64,000 bases of DNA from Tissierellia bacterium (GTDB lineage Bacteria; Bacillota; Clostridia; Tissierellales; Peptoniphilaceae). The stretch covers positions 2,006-66,005 of the forward strand of contig JAAYFJ010000022.1 of the NCBI GenBank assembly GCA_012728295.1. The letters run 5' to 3'. The first letter of the stretch is position 1, and every line of letters starts with the position of its first letter. A program made the translations under genes and the position numbers. The notes beneath the pieces were generated by a model. That model did not search any database and was not told the DNA's origin. It saw nothing but the letters and a program-made list of their open reading frames with translations. Below are positions 10,204 through 20,559 of the stretch, piece after piece.

Positions 10204-11162
10204 CAAATACGATATTAAGAGTTGAGAATCTAGGAATTAGCTTTGATAATTGGTCTAAAGCTCTAAAAGATATAAGCTATTGCGTCAATAAAGGTGAGAT
10301 ATTAGGAGTTGTAGGGGAGTCGGGAAGCGGCAAGAGCATTATGGGAAAGGCTATAATGGGCCTTTTGGATAGGAACGCCTCTGTTACCGGGAACGCCTTT
10401 ATGGGAGAATATGATCTATTGTCATTATCTGAAAAGCAATTGTGCAAAGTCCGCGGGAAAGAAATTTCCATGGTGTTTCAAGATCCGGTTTCTGCATTAA
10501 GCCCAGTGGATAAAGTAGGAAAACAAGTGGAAGAAATATATAGGATACACCACTTAGATACTGCCAATATGGAATCGGAAGTAAATCAAATCTTTAAGGA
10601 TATGGGAGTGGATAATCCAAAGGAACTATTAGCAAAATATCCATTTCAATTAAGCGGAGGTTTAGCACAAAGAGTTATGATTGCCATGGCTTTATTATGC
10701 AAACCGAAATTGATAATTGCTGATGAGCCGACCACTGCATTAGATGTGACGACAGGCAAAGAAGTATTGAAAATATTTAAGAAAATAAAAGATACTATGG
10801 GGACATCCATATTATTAATAACTCACGACATGGGAGTGATTGCAGAAGTAGCTGATAGAGTGATGGTTATGTACCACGGAGAAATAGTGGAGATAAGTGA
10901 TGTGTTCAGTTTTTTTGACAAAGCCCAAAGCCCGTATGCCATCGATTTGCAAAAAGCAATGCCCGTTGGTTTTGAGAAACGCTTTATGGCTATAAAAGGT
11001 GAGCCGCCAAATATATTTGACTCCATAGTAGGATGCGCCTATGAAAGTCGATGTAATCTATCGATACCAATGTGCAAGGAAATTAAGCCTGAATTAAAGC
11101 AATTGTGTCCCAATCACTTTGTAAGGTGTCACTTGAGAGAGTGCGGTGACGCAAATGAGTAA
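10200..11162 (+). CDS. Peptide ABC transporter ATP-binding protein (OppD-like)
   Basis: Walker A GESGSGKS, signature LSGGLAQR, Walker B IIADEPT, and the Cys-rich C-terminal oligopeptide-ATPase tail. The start overlaps the upstream stop. Confidence 0.9.
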   Translation: MTNTILRVENLGISFDNWSKALKDISYCVNKGEILGVVGESGSGKSIMGKAIMGLLDRNASVTGNAFMGEYDLLSLSEKQLCKVRGKEISMVFQDPVSALSPVDKVGKQVEEIYRIHHLDTANMESEVNQIFKDMGVDNPKELLAKYPFQLSGGLAQRVMIAMALLCKPKLIIADEPTTALDVTTGKEVLKIFKKIKDTMGTSILLITHDMGVIAEVADRVMVMYHGEIVEISDVFSFFDKAQSPYAIDLQKAMPVGFEKRFMAIKGEPPNIFDSIVGCAYESRCNLSIPMCKEIKPELKQLCPNHFVRCHLRECGDANE

Positions 11163-12120
11163 ACTGACCGTAAAAGATGTGTGGAAGATATATGATGTAA
11201 AAAAACATGGTTGGTCCAGGTCCCATGGACAGAAAATTGCTGTACGAGATGCAAGCTTGACCATTGAATCAAATAAGATTGTTGCCATAGTTGGAGAATC
11301 AGGATCCGGAAAATCTACACTGGCAAAGATGGCGGCATGCTTAGAGCCTGTGACCAAAGGCTTAATTATGCTAGATGATGTGGTTGTTTCAAAAGAGACG
11401 AGCAAGAACTCGACCAAAGTAATTGTGCCCCAGGAGTTCAGGGAAAAGGCTCAAGTGATATTTCAGAATCCGGATACTTCATTAAACCCTATAGTTCCAA
11501 TAATAAAAACCGTAGCAGAAGGTGTGATAAAACATTTGGGAAAAGATGGAGCCGTGGAAATAGCTGAGGATACGCTGATAAAATGTGGAATTTCAGCAAA
11601 GGATTTCAAAAAAATGCCCCATGAATTCAGTGGAGGTCAAAAACAACGCATAAGCATAGCTAGGGCGTTGGCAATAAGTCCCCAGTTGGTATTGTGTGAT
11701 GAGCCAACGGCGTCATTAGACGTATCGGTACAATCGCAAATATTAAACCTTATGCTGGACTTAAAAGAACAAAATGGATTAGGCTATATGTTCATAACCC
11801 ATGATATTAGTGTGGCAAAGGCAATATCAGATGAGATAGTAGTAATGTATGATGGTAGCATTGTCGAGCAAGGAGATACTATGGACTTGTTCAATAACCC
11901 AAAACACCCATATACCATTAGCTTAATAGAATCAGTGTGCATATCTCACCCCAAGAACAGAGTGGAAAGGCCTCTGTTACCGGGAGTGGAAGCAAAGGAA
12001 CTGGGAGGATGTGCTTTTAGGCAGAGATGCCCAAAAGTCATGGAGATTTGTAAAGATGAAGTTCCAAAACTTATATGGACACAAGATAGATGTGTAGCAT
12101 GTCACTTATTCGATAATTGA
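11146..12120 (+). CDS. Peptide ABC transporter ATP-binding protein (OppF-like)
   Basis: Walker A GESGSGKST, signature FSGGQKQR, Walker B VLCDEPT. Start is GTG 11146 or ATG 11155. Confidence 0.9.
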   Translation: MTQMSKLTVKDVWKIYDVKKHGWSRSHGQKIAVRDASLTIESNKIVAIVGESGSGKSTLAKMAACLEPVTKGLIMLDDVVVSKETSKNSTKVIVPQEFREKAQVIFQNPDTSLNPIVPIIKTVAEGVIKHLGKDGAVEIAEDTLIKCGISAKDFKKMPHEFSGGQKQRISIARALAISPQLVLCDEPTASLDVSVQSQILNLMLDLKEQNGLGYMFITHDISVAKAISDEIVVMYDGSIVEQGDTMDLFNNPKHPYTISLIESVCISHPKNRVERPLLPGVEAKELGGCAFRQRCPKVMEICKDEVPKLIWTQDRCVACHLFDN

Positions 12121-12154
12121 CAACAAGGCAATTCATAATAAAAGGAGTGTAGAA

Positions 12155-15100
12155 ATGAATAGCAAAAGATTTGCAAGTAAATTTTTAATAGCATTGATTA
12201 TGCTGGCAATGATATTTCAAACAGGAGCCATACTGGTAGTCGATGCAAAGTCATATCCAACAGATATAGCTGGCCACTGGGCTGAAAAGACCATAGAGGA
12301 AGCGTTGGACAAGGGACAGTTCAAGGGCTATGAAGATGGCACTTTCAAGCCGGAAAAGAGCCTTACAGTGGCAGAGTTTACCACATTAGTTGCCAGAGCA
12401 TTGGGGATTGAGGTGGTATCAGCTGAAGGGCATTGGGCTGAAGGAACGTTTAGAAAACTATTTGCTGACAAAGTGCTTTTGGAAGCAGAATATGGAAGAG
12501 AAACATGGGATAAGCCCATAACCAGAGCACAAGCTGCAAAATTATTAAAGCATATGCTAGAGAAAAATCTCTCAGAAAAAGAAGCTGTTAAATGGGACAT
12601 TAAAGATTTAAGCACAATTGAGGAGCAGTATCTGCCTTTTGTGAAATGGTGCTTGGATAGAGGTCTTTTAGCAGGAGATGAGGTGGGACAATTCTCCGGC
12701 GATGACTATATCACAAGAGCTCAAAGTGTCGTTGTAGTTCAGAGAATAGTCAACAAAATTGAAGCTTCAAAGAAAGTTGAAGAGGTAAAAAGCAGTTCGG
12801 GAACGGGAATGTTTTTTATGTTCTCCTTTGGCGACAAAGACAACAGTGTTGAAAAACCTGATGAGAGTCCAAAACCAGAAGAAGAGAAACCAGTAGTAAT
12901 TGAAAAGCCAACAATAGCTGAAACTCACGAGATAGCATCAGAAGACATAGTTGCTGAAGAAGTTCTAAAAGGTGAAGAAGTAGATTTAACGGATAACATT
13001 AATAGCCTACCAGAAGGTTCAAAAGTAACCCATGATGAATTTACTGCAAATACACCAGGGGATTATGAAGTAGAAGTAACGTTAGAATTTAGCGATGGAA
13101 GTAAAACCAAAGTTAAAGTACTAGTAGTTGTAAAAGCCTTAATGTCTGAAACGCACGAGATAGCAGCAGAAGACATAGTTGCTGAAGAAGTTCTAAAAGG
13201 TGAAGAAGTAGATTTAACAGATAATATTAAGAACCTACCGGAAGGAACTAAAGTAGAGCATGAAGAATTCATTGCAGATACACCAGGGGAACATGAAGTA
13301 GAAGTAACGGTAGAATTTAGCGATGGCAGTGAAGTAAAGGTCAATATACCGGTAAAAGTGACTTTGAAACCAGAAGATGCAATTGATGAGGCAACTGGCT
13401 TACCATTGAAATATGATTTAAGGGAACATGGTTTTGTTACACCCATTAGAAATCAATTTAAAGATGGTGCTTGTCGTTCATTTGCAGCTTTAGGAGCATT
13501 GGAATCCCATATTCTAAAGTCCACCGGAAAGTCTATGGACTTATCAGAAAATAATATGGAAAACCGTCAGGGATATTATTATAAATTAGGACCTAGAACA
13601 GGTAGGGTTAGAAATACTGACTTAGCGTATTTATTAAATGGCAAGGGACCAATATTAGAATTTCAAGATCCTTATTTTCCACTTGTAGATGAAAAAGGTG
13701 GACAAAAGTTATATGATGACGAAGGTAACGAAATTCCACTGTGGACTAAAGAAGATTTAGAAGACTCTAGATATGATCCAGTATATAAAAGTCGCGCAAA
13801 ATTAGTTACGGGAATGCAGTTTTTAAAAACCATTAAAGCTTGTGAAGTAACAGCGCCTAATGACGTAAAATTGGCACAGATTAAAGGTGCAATTAAAGCT
13901 CATGGAGCAGTGGTTTCCAATATTTATATGTCCCATGATGGTAGAGGACTATTCCCGTATCAAAACGACACTTATTTCAATGAGGAAACGAATGCGTATT
14001 ATGCAGACGGAAAAGACGGAAAGTATCCAGGTTATGCAAACCATGCCATTACAATAGTAGGCTGGGATGATACCTTTAGCAAAGATAATTTCAAAACGAA
14101 ACCTGCAATTGACGGAGCGTGGATTGTAAAAGATGCTCAAGGAAAGACTTTTGGAGAAGAAGGGTTCTTCTATGTTTCATATCAAAGTGTTTCTATCTGT
14201 GAAGAACCGTATGTGTTTACTGAAGTTAAAGATGCCGATGCGTATGATGGAATGTATCTTCACGATGACCTTCCTTTTACTAGCTATTTAAGACATGATT
14301 CATTTTCAGATCCCGGTAAAAAAACCATATTGTTCAATAGATTCTCTGTTAAAAACAAAGCCAGAGAGCTTGCAGCTATTGGGTTTTATACTACAAAACC
14401 TGGGGCAGAGTATTCGGTATATTTAATACCGGATTTCGAAACGATTGCAAAATTTGAAGGCAATTCAGCGGATTATGACGAGATAATTAGCACAATACAA
14501 CCATATTTAATAGAAGAAGGTACCAAAGATACTGCTGGATATCATGTAATAAACTTATCGGAAGAGCAAAAAGTTGCTTTGAAATATGGAAAAGATTTTG
14601 CCATAGGAATTCACACTAGAAATAATGACCAAGAAGACCCTGAGCACCAATGGGATTTTGTAATGGAATTAAAGGATGATAATATAGGCCTTTACGCAGA
14701 TAATAGAGTTGGCGAAACGTATATGATGTCAGACGGTTCATTAAGGGATATTGGTAAAACGCATGGAAATGCCACAGTTAAGGGCTACTATATTCAAAAT
14801 GAATTGCCTACAGAATACAGAGTTACATTCTATAGTGGTGATATCAAATTAAAAACTCTATTTGTAGAAGAGGGCGATAAAGTTGAAAAAATAGATGACC
14901 CAGAAAAGCAGGGATATATCTTTAAAGGCTGGTATACAGATGCAGAACTAGCTGCTGAGTACGATTTTGAAGCTTCCATAATAAAAGATACTAATATCTA
15001 TGCCAAATGGGAAAAAGATGAAGAAGAGCCTGTTCCAGACGCGGAGTATGAAGTAGCTATTCACAAAGGTGATGGATCCAACAGTGTAATTAAAAAACAG

Positions 15101-15487
15101 ATTCCTTCTGGGAATAATCTTGTGGCAACGATGGCAGATATTAAAACAGCACATAAGTATGGGGTTTTTCAAGGTTGGTACACAGACCCACAATTCCAAC
15201 ATCCGTTAGATGTGAACGCACCAGTGACAGGGGAAATGAAAATCTATGGTAAATATCAACCTTATAAAGTGCAATTTGATTTAACTGAAGACCCGGACGG
15301 AGAGAAGGAAGTTGTAGAAATTAACATGTCTACTGGAAGAGTAGCCCAACCAGAGACAGAGGAAGAAGTATATATGTGGTATATACATGGTAGTGATGCT
15401 GAGTTTTTTGTATTTAATACCATTAAGAGTATGGATGAGCCTGATGAAGATTTTATAGTTTTAAAAGTTTATCCTGCGTTTTGGTAA
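12155..15487 (+). CDS. SLH-anchored secreted papain-like (C1) cysteine peptidase with Listeria-Bacteroides-type repeats
   Basis: Signal peptide. SLH segment (AGHWAEKTIEEALDKGQFKGYEDGTFKPEKSLTVAEF). Two 76-aa tandem modules. C1 catalytic blocks GACRSFAALGALES (Cys) and NHAITIVGWDD (His). C-terminal repeats of the GYIFKGWYTD type. Confidence 0.8.
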   Translation: MNSKRFASKFLIALIMLAMIFQTGAILVVDAKSYPTDIAGHWAEKTIEEALDKGQFKGYEDGTFKPEKSLTVAEFTTLVARALGIEVVSAEGHWAEGTFRKLFADKVLLEAEYGRETWDKPITRAQAAKLLKHMLEKNLSEKEAVKWDIKDLSTIEEQYLPFVKWCLDRGLLAGDEVGQFSGDDYITRAQSVVVVQRIVNKIEASKKVEEVKSSSGTGMFFMFSFGDKDNSVEKPDESPKPEEEKPVVIEKPTIAETHEIASEDIVAEEVLKGEEVDLTDNINSLPEGSKVTHDEFTANTPGDYEVEVTLEFSDGSKTKVKVLVVVKALMSETHEIAAEDIVAEEVLKGEEVDLTDNIKNLPEGTKVEHEEFIADTPGEHEVEVTVEFSDGSEVKVNIPVKVTLKPEDAIDEATGLPLKYDLREHGFVTPIRNQFKDGACRSFAALGALESHILKSTGKSMDLSENNMENRQGYYYKLGPRTGRVRNTDLAYLLNGKGPILEFQDPYFPLVDEKGGQKLYDDEGNEIPLWTKEDLEDSRYDPVYKSRAKLVTGMQFLKTIKACEVTAPNDVKLAQIKGAIKAHGAVVSNIYMSHDGRGLFPYQNDTYFNEETNAYYADGKDGKYPGYANHAITIVGWDDTFSKDNFKTKPAIDGAWIVKDAQGKTFGEEGFFYVSYQSVSICEEPYVFTEVKDADAYDGMYLHDDLPFTSYLRHDSFSDPGKKTILFNRFSVKNKARELAAIGFYTTKPGAEYSVYLIPDFETIAKFEGNSADYDEIISTIQPYLIEEGTKDTAGYHVINLSEEQKVALKYGKDFAIGIHTRNNDQEDPEHQWDFVMELKDDNIGLYADNRVGETYMMSDGSLRDIGKTHGNATVKGYYIQNELPTEYRVTFYSGDIKLKTLFVEEGDKVEKIDDPEKQGYIFKGWYTDAELAAEYDFEASIIKDTNIYAKWEKDEEEPVPDAEYEVAIHKGDGSNSVIKKQIPSGNNLVATMADIKTAHKYGVFQGWYTDPQFQHPLDVNAPVTGEMKIYGKYQPYKVQFDLTEDPDGEKEVVEINMSTGRVAQPETEEEVYMWYIHGSDAEFFVFNTIKSMDEPDEDFIVLKVYPAFW
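12920..13375 (+). repeat. Two tandem 228-nt (76-aa) in-frame coding repeats
   Basis: ETHEIASEDIVAEEVLKGEEVDLTDNINSLPEGSKV... is repeated as ETHEIAAEDIVAEEVLKGEEVDLTDNIKNLPEGTKV.... Long identical nucleotide runs, copy boundaries at 12920 and 13148. Confidence 0.85.
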
Positions 15488-15496
15488 TCAAACCTC

Positions 15497-15531
15497 AAAG
15501 AACACCTTATATTATTTAAGGTGTTCTTTTT
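15497..15531 (+). terminator. Rho-independent terminator of the opp-peptidase unit
   Basis: AAAGAACACCTTA-loop-TAAGGTGTTCTTT followed by a T-run, 10 nt after the stop codon. Confidence 0.8.
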
Positions 15532-15791
15532 ATGATCAAAAAGTTAAATGCTATAGGAGAAATTAATAGGATCTTTGTTAACGAGTGTCATATATTTTAT
15601 GCAATCTTGACGATTATGTATTAAAACTTGAACATAGTGGTATCATTAAAATAAGTCTTATAATTATAGTAATTAGATATTCAACATAGTGTAAATCAGT
15701 GAGAACAGCTTTAAGGATAATATTACATAATAGAAACTGGGAATTGAACCTTACAAATATTTTGAGCAATGCTACTTATGGAGGTGAGGAT

Positions 15792-17510
15792 GTGAAGAAG
15801 CTTATTGTTTTGTTATTGGTACTTACGTTGTTGCTTTGTTCGTGTGGTCGTGCTGTAGATTTTCTAAAGGAGAAAATAGGTGAGGAAGATACAACAGCAG
15901 AAGAAACCTCTCAAAATGAAGAGGGTGTCGTGGAAGAAAACTCTGGTATTTCATTAGATAGTATTTCTAACCAGTGGTTTTCAGACCCGGGAAAATCAAA
16001 TAACAGATTGAAAAAATTGTCTAAAGGTGGCAATGGAAAAGCTATATTGGAGTTGGCAAGGAATTATTATAGAGAAAACAACGTCGTTCAATTGGAGGGC
16101 TTATTTGACCAATATGCCTTTGAACAGTGGGAAGGCTATGGCGAGGGATTAAGTATGTTGGCAGCTTTTAATGTCGACAGGGCTAAAGAATTATTTATAG
16201 AAAACGAAGGTGAAATAGAGGTTGTGGACAGGTTTAATTTCTTTTTGGCGCTGATGACAACGGAAGAATCGGAATATGCAAAGGATAAGATAATGGAGCT
16301 TATTGAGGAAGAAAACCCCTCAGCTACTGAAATCAATACTATGGTAGAAAAAGCCACCTCCATATTAAACAGAGATATTTTGGAGAAATTATTAGAAAAG
16401 ACTGACAAAAATATTCCTGCAAAAGCTGCATTTAATAATGCAGAAGAGATGACGATGGACATGTGTAGCTTTAAAGATGAGCAGGGGAATTGGTATAATG
16501 TGATTTCATATGCAACCATAGAAGGTGATAAAATCAAGGTTCAAAATGCGAAAACTGGAAGAGAAGTTTTTCAATTGGAGTATAAAGAAGCAAGCTATAT
16601 GATAAGGTTGGAAGTAGTTCAAATAGATGGCATAGAGAATCCGTGTATCGCTGTTTCTTGTAATGATTACTTCGAAAATAAAGAGGGGGTATTTATCAAG
16701 ATATATAGTTGGACGGGGAAAGATTTAAAAGAAATTACGGAATTGAACCACGAGGAACTAAAAATTAGAGGAGCCTTGCTCAATGGTTATAAATCAGCAT
16801 ATACTTCAGAGCGTTTAGGGCAAACCTTGGTCTGTGATTTGAAAAGAGGAGACTTTGCAGAGAACCTTTCGGAATTCTATGACGATATTGGCAGGTTAAT
16901 TGACGTTCATACTTTTTCCTATCCATATGTAGAGTACGATTCGCTGGGGAAATGCTTTAAGTGTGATATAGTCACTAGTGCAATGGTAATAACGGATGAC
17001 GCCCGTGCAAGTGCAGTGGGTATTAGTGACATTGCAGTTAATTGGATTGACAACAGATGGGTGGGGCAAATGTCCGGCAAAGGCGGAGAGACCATGGAAT
17101 ATGACGAGGATACTCCGGAGATTGAGAAAACAAGAAATGTTAATGAAGAATTTATTAATTGGGTTAAAGAATCGACCGTAGAAAAGATAGTTAGAGTATT
17201 TGGAGCGCCTGATAGTTCCTTCTATTATAATGGTGGAATGGGCTTGCATTATGAAGATATGATAGAAATATACTTCGATGGAGAAAGACCATCGGGAGTT
17301 ACACCCTTGGGAAAAGGACTTTTCTTAGGGAAGAAAATACCTTGGAGTAAGCAGGATATTTATGAGGTATTTCCTGAAGCTGAAGCTGAGATGGAGAGCG
17401 AGTACTCTGAGATGATTATTTATGCCAATAAAGGCGATGATATGATTGCCTTTACTGATGGTGGAAATGGTTTTTATCCTATGATGTTTTTTAAAGGATT
17501 TGAGGAGTAA
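15792..17510 (+). CDS. Hypothetical lipoprotein
   Basis: Start moved to GTG 15792 behind GGAGGTGAGG. This gives VKKLIVLLLVLTLLLCSCG, a signal peptide plus lipobox. No recognisable catalytic domain. Confidence 0.6.
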   Translation: MKKLIVLLLVLTLLLCSCGRAVDFLKEKIGEEDTTAEETSQNEEGVVEENSGISLDSISNQWFSDPGKSNNRLKKLSKGGNGKAILELARNYYRENNVVQLEGLFDQYAFEQWEGYGEGLSMLAAFNVDRAKELFIENEGEIEVVDRFNFFLALMTTEESEYAKDKIMELIEEENPSATEINTMVEKATSILNRDILEKLLEKTDKNIPAKAAFNNAEEMTMDMCSFKDEQGNWYNVISYATIEGDKIKVQNAKTGREVFQLEYKEASYMIRLEVVQIDGIENPCIAVSCNDYFENKEGVFIKIYSWTGKDLKEITELNHEELKIRGALLNGYKSAYTSERLGQTLVCDLKRGDFAENLSEFYDDIGRLIDVHTFSYPYVEYDSLGKCFKCDIVTSAMVITDDARASAVGISDIAVNWIDNRWVGQMSGKGGETMEYDEDTPEIEKTRNVNEEFINWVKESTVEKIVRVFGAPDSSFYYNGGMGLHYEDMIEIYFDGERPSGVTPLGKGLFLGKKIPWSKQDIYEVFPEAEAEMESEYSEMIIYANKGDDMIAFTDGGNGFYPMMFFKGFEE

Positions 17511-17546
17511 TTTATATTTAATATAGCTAATTAGAATATAAGCATT

Positions 17547-17585
17547 ACCGGAGACAGTTTTATGGAAAATGCCTCCGGTTTTTCT
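17547..17585 (+). terminator. Rho-independent terminator
   Basis: ACCGGAG-loop-CTCCGGT followed by TTTTT. Confidence 0.7.
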
Positions 17586-17751
17586 TTGGGAAAGCTAAGT
17601 AAAATGATTGTTAAGGATATGAAAATGGAGAGTCAATTTTCATATTTACCTGAAAATACTGTTTATAGCTTATTTTTAGCAAGAAAACTTGTATAGCAAG
17701 AATTCCTGTGGCATAATAATATATAGGTCTATGCCAGCGGGGAGGGTTATA

Positions 17752-19194
17752 ATGGAATTCCATCAGGCGTTAAAAGAATTAATAAAATTAACAGATGTTA
17801 TGGTGAAGGATGTATCGGCTTGCGTGCAATATGATCAGAGTTACATAAGCAAGTGGCTATCTGGTACAAAATTACCTACAGATAAATCGGTGAACTATGT
17901 CATCAATCAACTTAGTCACTTTTTCTCTATTATCATAGTAGACGATCACTTGGAGGACGATTTAAGAGAATTGGTTGCAGTACCTATTAACTTGGATCAC
18001 GCAGGAGATGTGGAAGCTGTGGTAAAAGCAATGTTGGAGGATGGATATTATCGGTCTGCCAGCATGGTGGAAGGTGAGGGCGAACTAGTTAGTGGCCACC
18101 GGGTGGTAGTGGGGAGAAATGCTGCCATACAGTTTTCTTTGGATACTATAAAGAGGCACCTGAGTAATCATAATGACAAAGAAGAGATAATCTGTACCTT
18201 AGATTTATTTAATATATTACCTGAAATAAACTTAGAGACATTTAATGTAATTATGACCAGACCCCTGCAGCTATCGGTTTCCACGGTGCTGGATTTAGAT
18301 GTGCAAGAATCTGGAAACATGAATAAAGTTCGTAGTTTGTTGGCGTTTTTAAACCAAACCATTAATGTGGATTTTTTCATTTATGAAGATAACCATGCTA
18401 TGCGCAACAACGTCATCATCATGAAAAACCATTTTGTATTTTGGTATTACTTAGATGAAGATGGCAAGGTTTCTGCATGCCAATATATTGATGATCCAGA
18501 TTTTGTGGAGATGGCATACTATGATTCGTGGGGAATGTTTGATCATAATAAAATAGTGTTAAAATCCACTTCGGGACAAAAGTTGAGAAATATAGAATAT
18601 GACTTGGACTTCATCGCATCCCCTCCATATATGCTAATGGGTTCTGTAGTACTGGGGCTATTTTTAACACCTATTATGTTGGAAAAAAGAAAAGAGCTAT
18701 ATTCAGAAAAGAAATATGAAAGTGCTGCATTTTTCAACAATCTATTGACACAGCATATTTGCAGTCAGTCGTTGACTGTATTCACCAGTCGTTCATACTT
18801 AATGAATTTTATTAAGACTGGTAGAGTATATTATCTAGGAGAAGTATTCTATTTGGACGAAGCTGAAAGAGGAATATATATTAGAAACATAATAAGAACG
18901 CTTCAGACCAATCCAAATTTTAGACTATTTATCATACAGGATGACTTGTCTCCGTTTTACACCAGCAAAATAAGCATGAGTATAGCATTTACTGAAAACA
19001 AGGCGTTGATTATAAAAACGCCAGAAGCTTTATATAATAAAAGATTTCCTTATTATATGGTAACCAGTCAAAGGTTGGTTAATATCATTAATAATTACGC
19101 ACAAGTTCAATTGGCGTCTGAACCTGTTAGGAAGATGACTAGAGAGGATACTGAAGCATTGTTATTGCATTATTTAACTATGTTTAGACTTTAG
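17752..19194 (+). CDS. HTH-domain protein with a large uncharacterised C-terminal region
   Basis: Start moved to ATG 17752 behind GGGGAGGG. The N-terminus looks like an XRE-type HTH (LTDVMVKDVSACVQYDQSYISKWLSGTKLP). The remaining ~420 aa are not recognisable to me. Confidence 0.5.
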   Translation: MEFHQALKELIKLTDVMVKDVSACVQYDQSYISKWLSGTKLPTDKSVNYVINQLSHFFSIIIVDDHLEDDLRELVAVPINLDHAGDVEAVVKAMLEDGYYRSASMVEGEGELVSGHRVVVGRNAAIQFSLDTIKRHLSNHNDKEEIICTLDLFNILPEINLETFNVIMTRPLQLSVSTVLDLDVQESGNMNKVRSLLAFLNQTINVDFFIYEDNHAMRNNVIIMKNHFVFWYYLDEDGKVSACQYIDDPDFVEMAYYDSWGMFDHNKIVLKSTSGQKLRNIEYDLDFIASPPYMLMGSVVLGLFLTPIMLEKRKELYSEKKYESAAFFNNLLTQHICSQSLTVFTSRSYLMNFIKTGRVYYLGEVFYLDEAERGIYIRNIIRTLQTNPNFRLFIIQDDLSPFYTSKISMSIAFTENKALIIKTPEALYNKRFPYYMVTSQRLVNIINNYAQVQLASEPVRKMTREDTEALLLHYLTMFRL

Positions 19195-19208
19195 AGAGGA
19201 GGGCTGCT

Positions 19209-20543
19209 ATGGATTTGGAAAAATTGGAAGAGCTGTTGCATGCAAAAAGCTACGCACAATTAAAACGAGAATTAGTACAACAAAATCAGATAGATCTAGC
19301 AGAGTGGATGGATTCTTTGAGTTCAAAAGATACCCTTCTCGTTTTTAGAATGCTGCCCAAAGATTTGGCGGCAGAGGTCTTCTCTGAACTGGGTAAGGAA
19401 CAGCGTAAAGAACTAATAAATACCATGACTCAATCGGAGCTGTCAGAGGTTTTAGATGAACTATATTTCAATGAGATGATAGACGTTTTGGAGGAAGTTC
19501 CGGCTATTGTGGTTAGCAAGGTACTAGCCAATAGTACACCGCAGGAGAGAAGACTCATTAATCAGTTTTTAAAATATCCTGAAGACAGTGCCGGCTCTGA
19601 GATGACCATAGAATATGTGGAGCTTCATCCTCAGATGACAGTAAAAGAAGCACTGGAACAGATAAAGGACACAGGATTAACCAGAAAAACTGTATATACA
19701 TGCTATGTAACGGATAATCGTCATAAGTTAATAGGTTTTGTATCGTTGAGAGAGTTGATTGTAGCAAAAGAGGATCAACTGGTGGATGACATCAAAACTG
19801 ACAATGTAGTTTCAGTTGAGGCACATCAAGACAAAGAAGAAGTAGCACAAACCCTATTAAGATATGGATTTTTGGCATTGCCGGTGGTAGATTCTGAAAA
19901 TAGGTTAGTGGGAATTATCACAGTTGATGATGTTATGGACATCATGGAAGAAGAGGCTACAGAGGACTTCCAGTTAATGGGTGCGACTACTCCAACAGAA
20001 TCTGCATATCTAGAAACTACTGCATGGACCATGGCAAAGAACTGTCTAGGATGGTTAATGATATTGATGTTTTCATCAACCCTTAGTGCGTGGGTAATAA
20101 ATACTCACTCAGCAGTATTGGACAAGATGATCATCCTAAATACCTTTATTCCAATGATAATAGACACCGGTGGAAATACTGGTTCGCAAAGCTCTACCCT
20201 GATAATAAGGGCGTTGGCAACAGGAGATGTGGTATTAAAAGATGCCGTAGCAGTTGTTTGGAAAGAGTTTCGCATTGCGCTTCTGTGCGGAATAACCCTT
20301 AGTGTAGTAAATTTCTTTAGATTAAATTATATTGGTCATACAGGAGCTCTTATTTCACTAAGCGTATCCATTACCATTTTGGCTGTGGTAATGTTGGCTA
20401 AGATTATTGGAGCATGTTTGCCATTGATTGCTAAAAAAGTTGGATTAGACCCTGCTTTAATGGCAGGTCCATTGATTACTACCATAGTGGATGCTATGGG
20501 ATTGTTGGTGTATTTTGCTGTTATTGGCGTAGTGCTTCCGTAG
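19209..20543 (+). CDS. mgtE: Magnesium transporter MgtE (paralog 1)
   Basis: Full MgtE architecture: N domain, CBS pair (LPVVDSENRLVGIITVDDVMD) and the TM domain with the IDTGGNTGSQSS block. RBS GAGGAGGG. Confidence 0.9.
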   Translation: MDLEKLEELLHAKSYAQLKRELVQQNQIDLAEWMDSLSSKDTLLVFRMLPKDLAAEVFSELGKEQRKELINTMTQSELSEVLDELYFNEMIDVLEEVPAIVVSKVLANSTPQERRLINQFLKYPEDSAGSEMTIEYVELHPQMTVKEALEQIKDTGLTRKTVYTCYVTDNRHKLIGFVSLRELIVAKEDQLVDDIKTDNVVSVEAHQDKEEVAQTLLRYGFLALPVVDSENRLVGIITVDDVMDIMEEEATEDFQLMGATTPTESAYLETTAWTMAKNCLGWLMILMFSSTLSAWVINTHSAVLDKMIILNTFIPMIIDTGGNTGSQSSTLIIRALATGDVVLKDAVAVVWKEFRIALLCGITLSVVNFFRLNYIGHTGALISLSVSITILAVVMLAKIIGACLPLIAKKVGLDPALMAGPLITTIVDAMGLLVYFAVIGVVLP

Positions 20544-20559
20544 TGAAAGGAGGAGCAAA

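Noticed and set aside
12920-13375. Tandem repeat as a DGR template/variable-region pair
   Set aside because: - Differences between the copies are not adenine-specific.
- Both copies are in-frame parts of one protein.
- No reverse transcriptase lies nearby. This is an ordinary domain duplication.
15533-15625. 30-codon ORF (MIKKLNAIGEINRIF...) after the protease terminator
   Set aside because: The ATG sits in the terminator T-run, there is no RBS, and there is no hydrophobic or otherwise recognisable feature.
17511-19208. M-box (Mg2+) riboswitch upstream of mgtE
   Set aside because: The 5' region of the operon and the 14-nt gap before mgtE contain nothing resembling the long, GC-rich, multi-helix M-box core. 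The conclusion is by eye only. A covariance-model scan would be decisive.
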